Shown: piece after piece, positions 60,141 to 64,000 of the stretch | Layout of the letters: each line of letters begins with the position of its first letter | Numbering within the stretch: position 1 is the stretch's first letter | Assembly (NCBI GenBank): GCA_963664825.1 | Contig: OY761614.1 | Span: 2,528,001-2,592,000, forward strand | DNA from: an uncultured Holophaga sp. | Lineage (GTDB): Bacteria > Acidobacteriota > Holophagae > Holophagales > Holophagaceae | DNA length: 64,000 nucleotides | Reading direction: 5' to 3' | The notes under the pieces: generated by a model | Database searches by the model: none | Told to the model about the DNA's origin: nothing | The model's input: the letters and a program-made list of their open reading frames with translations, nothing else | Program-made: the position numbers and the translations under genes

Positions 60141-63100
60141 TCACTTTTTCGCGAGGCCGGAGGGTGCTTTCTCCCCTGCACTTCCCGTCAGTCTTCGCCG
60201 CGCCAAGTATGCGCAGCTGGTAGGGTCGTTCAGGTCATCAAGGGCGTTGCGATTCCCTACCCGGGAATAGCAAACGCGGGCTGTTGCGGGTTCACCCAGC
60301 ACATCGGCGATCCGTCCGAACAGATACCAATCGGCGGGCCGGGGCGGCTCATCAATGGGGAATGCAGACTGGATGGCGTCCCGGGCGGCCCCAATCCGGC
60401 CGAGTTCCGCCAGAACACAGGCCTGAGTGTGTAGGCTCTCGTACGATTTGTATTGCTGGATGGCCTGTTCTGCCCATTCAGCGGTCTGCTCCGTCACTGT
60501 CTCTCGGCACACATCGTTCCATGCGAGGTTATTGAAGACATTCCCCTGGGCTTTTCCCTGGTGAATCATCGTCCTTAGAATTTGGTTACTATCCTCCAGG
60601 CGCCCTTGGCAATTGAGCAAGGATGTTTTCTGCAAGACGAGTTCCTCTGAATCGGGGTGGTTTTTTAGAGCCGTTGACACCAGGGTCAGCGCTTCGTCAA
60701 TCCGTTGGGCGTTCTTCAGCCAGCCGGCACGAGTCACAGTGGCTTTCGGCAGATCTGGGAAGAGCGCGAGGAGTTCGCGGCTGAGCACGTCGGTCCGCTT
60801 CATTGTTTCTGCCGTGGATGGTTGGGTCAGTAGGCACCGGAGAACGGCTGCACGGGGCGCAGGTTCGCGGACGGTCGACAGGGCCTGCTCCAGGACCCTT
60901 CGGCTGGGTTCGTGATTGTCGGCATAAAAAATCAGCAGAGCTGCGGCGAGGCGGGCCTCTTCAAGGCTGCCCTTCTTGCCTGTCGACCAGAAATGGGCAA
61001 CGGGGTGCCCCAGGAAGGGATCCTGGGCGGTCGGTTGTTTGACCATGCCTATGGCCCGATCGAGCCAAGCGCATGCGCCTTCCAGGTTGTCATGCTCGAC
61101 ATTCCAAAGGGCCTCACGGCCCAGTCGCGAGACTTGGTTCCCCCAGGCCACAAGGCGGTATTTCCCTTGATGATGGGAAACGAAAAGGGTCGAGGGAAAG
61201 GGGCTGGACTGGGGAAGCGTAAGGCGGTAACCCGTGTGATCCGAGCCATCTTGGCCAAATTCTGCCGTGGAGAAGGCTTCGTCCAAGCGCCGGTTCCGCC
61301 AGTCGCCGTTTCGTGGTGAGAGGTAATGGAAGGTTTTCCATGCTTTTTTCACTGCTTCAGCATCCTTGAGTTCTGGACGCTGGGCTGGACTGAGAAGGTC
61401 GAAGAAACGCTCCGGAGACAGGTCCCTAGCCAAGGTTCCCTTTGCAAAGGCCAGAATCGCTCCGGAAGGAGTCTTGGTATCGATTGGAACGGTTTCATAG
61501 TGTTTCAATCTAGGGCAGAGGAGTGCACGGGACTGAAGTTTGGCTGCTTCACCGGAAGTTCCAATGCCCTCGTTGGCCATGAGTCCGGCCTCCGGGTATC
61601 GACGGAGATTCATCAGGACCTCGGAGGCATTCTGGAAGGCTTGGCGGCGTACCTCGGGATCCTGATGAGTGCGGCGGGCCTCCTGGATGGCAACTGCACT
61701 TCCCTCGGCGCAGGCGTCCATGGCCACGATCCACCCGTTTCGATCCGCTGAGGGTTCCATGGCTTGGGCTGAATCCCGGGCCTCTTTCATGCGACCCATG
61801 CGTGCCAAGGCTTCAGTCAAATTAGCCTGAGCCTTTTCGTCCTTCCCAAGGTGGAGCTGGTCTTGGTAGAGCTTTACCACCTCTTCCATGTCGTTTGATG
61901 CACACCATGCGCCAGATTCGTCACAGGAGAGGAGGATGGCCAAGTCGATGCGTGCCGCCCGCTGGCCCGGCGCCAGTTCCATGGCCTTTCGCAGCTCCGC
62001 TGCGGCTCCGGCGCGGTCCCATCCCAGAGCGAAACGACGGCCGATCACGTCGTGTTCCAGAGTCCATCCGAGCTGGCGGTGGGCGTGTTCAGAGGAAGGT
62101 TCCAGGGTGATCGCGCGGCGTAGGGACTCCCGAGCGCTGTCCCCAAGGCCAGCCTGAAGTTGAGCCCGGCTCAGCCGGATGAGTGGCGCAGCGGAGGTTG
62201 GATGAGCGGCCACCAGGGCGCGGAATTCGGTCAGAGCCTCTTTGAATCGTCCGGCGTTGAGATGGGCTTCTCCCACTTGCTGGCAGACCAGGATCGGGGA
62301 TGGCTCTTCGCCGAAGGCCTTGAGGGATGTCCGCGCTGCGTCCACTTCCTTGGGGGTCCATCGCAGTTTTTCGCAGCTGAATCGAAAAGTAGCCTCTAAA
62401 TTCCCGTTCTCCTGCGCCTTCCAGGCTGTCGTGAGTCGCGCGGGACCGAATTCCAGGGTCTTGCATTCGGGCAGGGTCTCGGTGGCATAACCCTTCGGCA
62501 CGTGAATGGACCACCGCATCTCGGCAGCCCAGGCATGGGGGAGCAGAAGGTCGGTGCGGCGCGCTGGAACCTTGTCCTTGGCCGATCCTGTCTCCTGATT
62601 ATCCTCGGGCTCCTTCTCTCCCGGTTGTAGGTACTGGTTTAGGGTATTGACGAGAGACCATGGATTCAGGATCACCCTGGCATCCGTTGCAGATGTGGTG
62701 GCGATGCCGATTTCCTGGGCCTCGAGCACCAGACGGAACGGGTGATGGAGGTCCAGGGGATCCGTTAAGTCCATTCGCCCAAGGTGCTCCGATTGATAGG
62801 TGCTCTTGATGTATTTTTTCAGGTTTTCCCGGAGTGTGGCCGGGTCCGCACCCGTGAAGGCCCCGCGCAGGGAGATCTCGCTCGCGCCCACGGCCTCTGT
62901 AGTATCCACGACGCGACCCGGGCCGTCCTCGGCCAGGAACACCTCCCGGGTCTCGATCTGCCGGTTCCGTTCCATTTCCACGGCCGGGATCAGGACCGTT
63001 TCCTTCGTGTCCTTGGAGATTACGAGGGCTTTGCGACCGCAGTCGATGAGTGGCAGCGTGCCTGCACGAGCCTGGCTCGCAGAGGGGTCGATCCAGAGTG

Positions 63101-64000
63101 GGGAAGGGCCGGCCACGTGGACGATGGCGTGATTGAACGCCGCTAGACCGGGTAGCTCGGGGCTGAAGTCCCGGCCCTCTCCAGCGCGCAGTAGCGCCAC
63201 ATGGGCCTGGATGCCTGCCTCTCGAAGGAGGGCTACCAGCAAGGTGGACTTGTCTTTGCAATCCCCGTATCCGCGGCGCAGGGTTTCGGCAGGTGGCCTG
63301 GGTACGATGGCGGTCTCACCGAATTCGAGACCGATGTAGCGGACCTGTTTTTGAAGCCTGGCTAAGATGCGATCGATCACCTGAGTGCGTTCCTTTGCCT
63401 CTCCGATGGCTTCCGCGACCCAGGTCTTGAGACCCGTCCCTCGGATTTGGGCTTCCACGATTTCGCCGTATTCTGCAGCTACGGCGGCCCAAGATGGCGC
63501 AGTGGCGAGGGTCAGGGCTGGCCAGGGCTCCTGGTCCCATTCTTGGTAAGGTTCCCGGGCCTTCATCGGCAAAGTAAGGCCTTGTTCCACGCTGAGCCTG
63601 AGGCGCTTGCCGACCACCGATTGTTTCAATTGTTTTTCTGGGAGTCCCTGCAGGCTCCACTTCCGTGGCGCAGAAGCGGGGAGCTCCACGAGTACCCGGG
63701 AACACTGCACCGGAGCATTCCAGCAGAGGGGGATGTTCCGCCTGATGCCACTGTGAGAAAAGGGGCGGTGATCGCGGGTTCGGATTTCCACCTCAACGAT
63801 GGCTCCCACTTGGAGCTTGGGCAAGGGACCACGTAGAACCTTGTGATCCTGGAACATTTCTGGGGATTCGCTGTTGGGCTGGACTTCTCCGATGGTGGTG
63901 GGGTCCAGGAGGTGCTCGTCCCCGTCGGGCGTGATGACCCGGGCGCGAATGATCGGCCGTTCCTCCAACCATGGCAACCATCCGGCCTGCACGATCCCCC
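60141..64000 (-). CDS. DUF3857/transglutaminase-like/TPR protein (5' end outside the window)
   Basis: VRY, GDCKDKS, FNHAI, WIDP; several TPR-like helices. Confidence 0.82.
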   Translation of the reverse strand, partial: GIVQAGWLPWLEERPIIRARVITPDGDEHLLDPTTIGEVQPNSESPEMFQDHKVLRGPLPKLQVGAIVEVEIRTRDHRPFSHSGIRRNIPLCWNAPVQCSRVLVELPASAPRKWSLQGLPEKQLKQSVVGKRLRLSVEQGLTLPMKAREPYQEWDQEPWPALTLATAPSWAAVAAEYGEIVEAQIRGTGLKTWVAEAIGEAKERTQVIDRILARLQKQVRYIGLEFGETAIVPRPPAETLRRGYGDCKDKSTLLVALLREAGIQAHVALLRAGEGRDFSPELPGLAAFNHAIVHVAGPSPLWIDPSASQARAGTLPLIDCGRKALVISKDTKETVLIPAVEMERNRQIETREVFLAEDGPGRVVDTTEAVGASEISLRGAFTGADPATLRENLKKYIKSTYQSEHLGRMDLTDPLDLHHPFRLVLEAQEIGIATTSATDARVILNPWSLVNTLNQYLQPGEKEPEDNQETGSAKDKVPARRTDLLLPHAWAAEMRWSIHVPKGYATETLPECKTLEFGPARLTTAWKAQENGNLEATFRFSCEKLRWTPKEVDAARTSLKAFGEEPSPILVCQQVGEAHLNAGRFKEALTEFRALVAAHPTSAAPLIRLSRAQLQAGLGDSARESLRRAITLEPSSEHAHRQLGWTLEHDVIGRRFALGWDRAGAAAELRKAMELAPGQRAARIDLAILLSCDESGAWCASNDMEEVVKLYQDQLHLGKDEKAQANLTEALARMGRMKEARDSAQAMEPSADRNGWIVAMDACAEGSAVAIQEARRTHQDPEVRRQAFQNASEVLMNLRRYPEAGLMANEGIGTSGEAAKLQSRALLCPRLKHYETVPIDTKTPSGAILAFAKGTLARDLSPERFFDLLSPAQRPELKDAEAVKKAWKTFHYLSPRNGDWRNRRLDEAFSTAEFGQDGSDHTGYRLTLPQSSPFPSTLFVSHHQGKYRLVAWGNQVSRLGREALWNVEHDNLEGACAWLDRAIGMVKQPTAQDPFLGHPVAHFWSTGKKGSLEEARLAAALLIFYADNHEPSRRVLEQALSTVREPAPRAAVLRCLLTQPSTAETMKRTDVLSRELLALFPDLPKATVTRAGWLKNAQRIDEALTLVSTALKNHPDSEELVLQKTSLLNCQGRLEDSNQILRTMIHQGKAQGNVFNNLAWNDVCRETVTEQTAEWAEQAIQQYKSYESLHTQACVLAELGRIGAARDAIQSAFPIDEPPRPADWYLFGRIADVLGEPATARVCYSRVGNRNALDDLNDPTSCAYLARRRLTGSAGEKAPSGLAKK

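Overview
GC-rich bacterial chromosome segment; the gene style suggests Holophagae/Acidobacteriota, but this is a low-confidence inference. The left 12 kb is an accessory region with a tyrosine-recombinase remnant, a 1628-bp single-ORF IS66-family element, an IS110 element and a sedentary-type integron. The integron has intI at 10900-11883, attI at about 10641 and 12 related ~122-125 bp attC sites, with cassettes on the minus strand. Its unusual parts are a second, diverged attI/intI-upstream module inside the array (8065-8297), a duplicated ORF-less cassette with apparent secondary structure, a HEPN-type cassette, and an IS110 whose right junction appears to fall in an attC R'' box. The rest is mostly housekeeping: ahcY with a SAH riboswitch, msrBA, mntH, an ErcA-like Fe-ADH gene split by a second IS66 copy (8-bp TSD), pepT, pgi, tcdA, TatD, FadD-like ligase, a ParE/RelE toxin with a frameshifted antitoxin, comEA-pilin-radC, murJ abutting tRNA-Thr(UGU), nusB-ribH, tpx, MacAB-like efflux genes, nuoH-N, rsmH, an OLD-family nuclease and a partial DUF3857/transglutaminase/TPR gene. 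No CRISPR array or rRNA was seen. All family assignments come from motif recognition by eye, not database searches.
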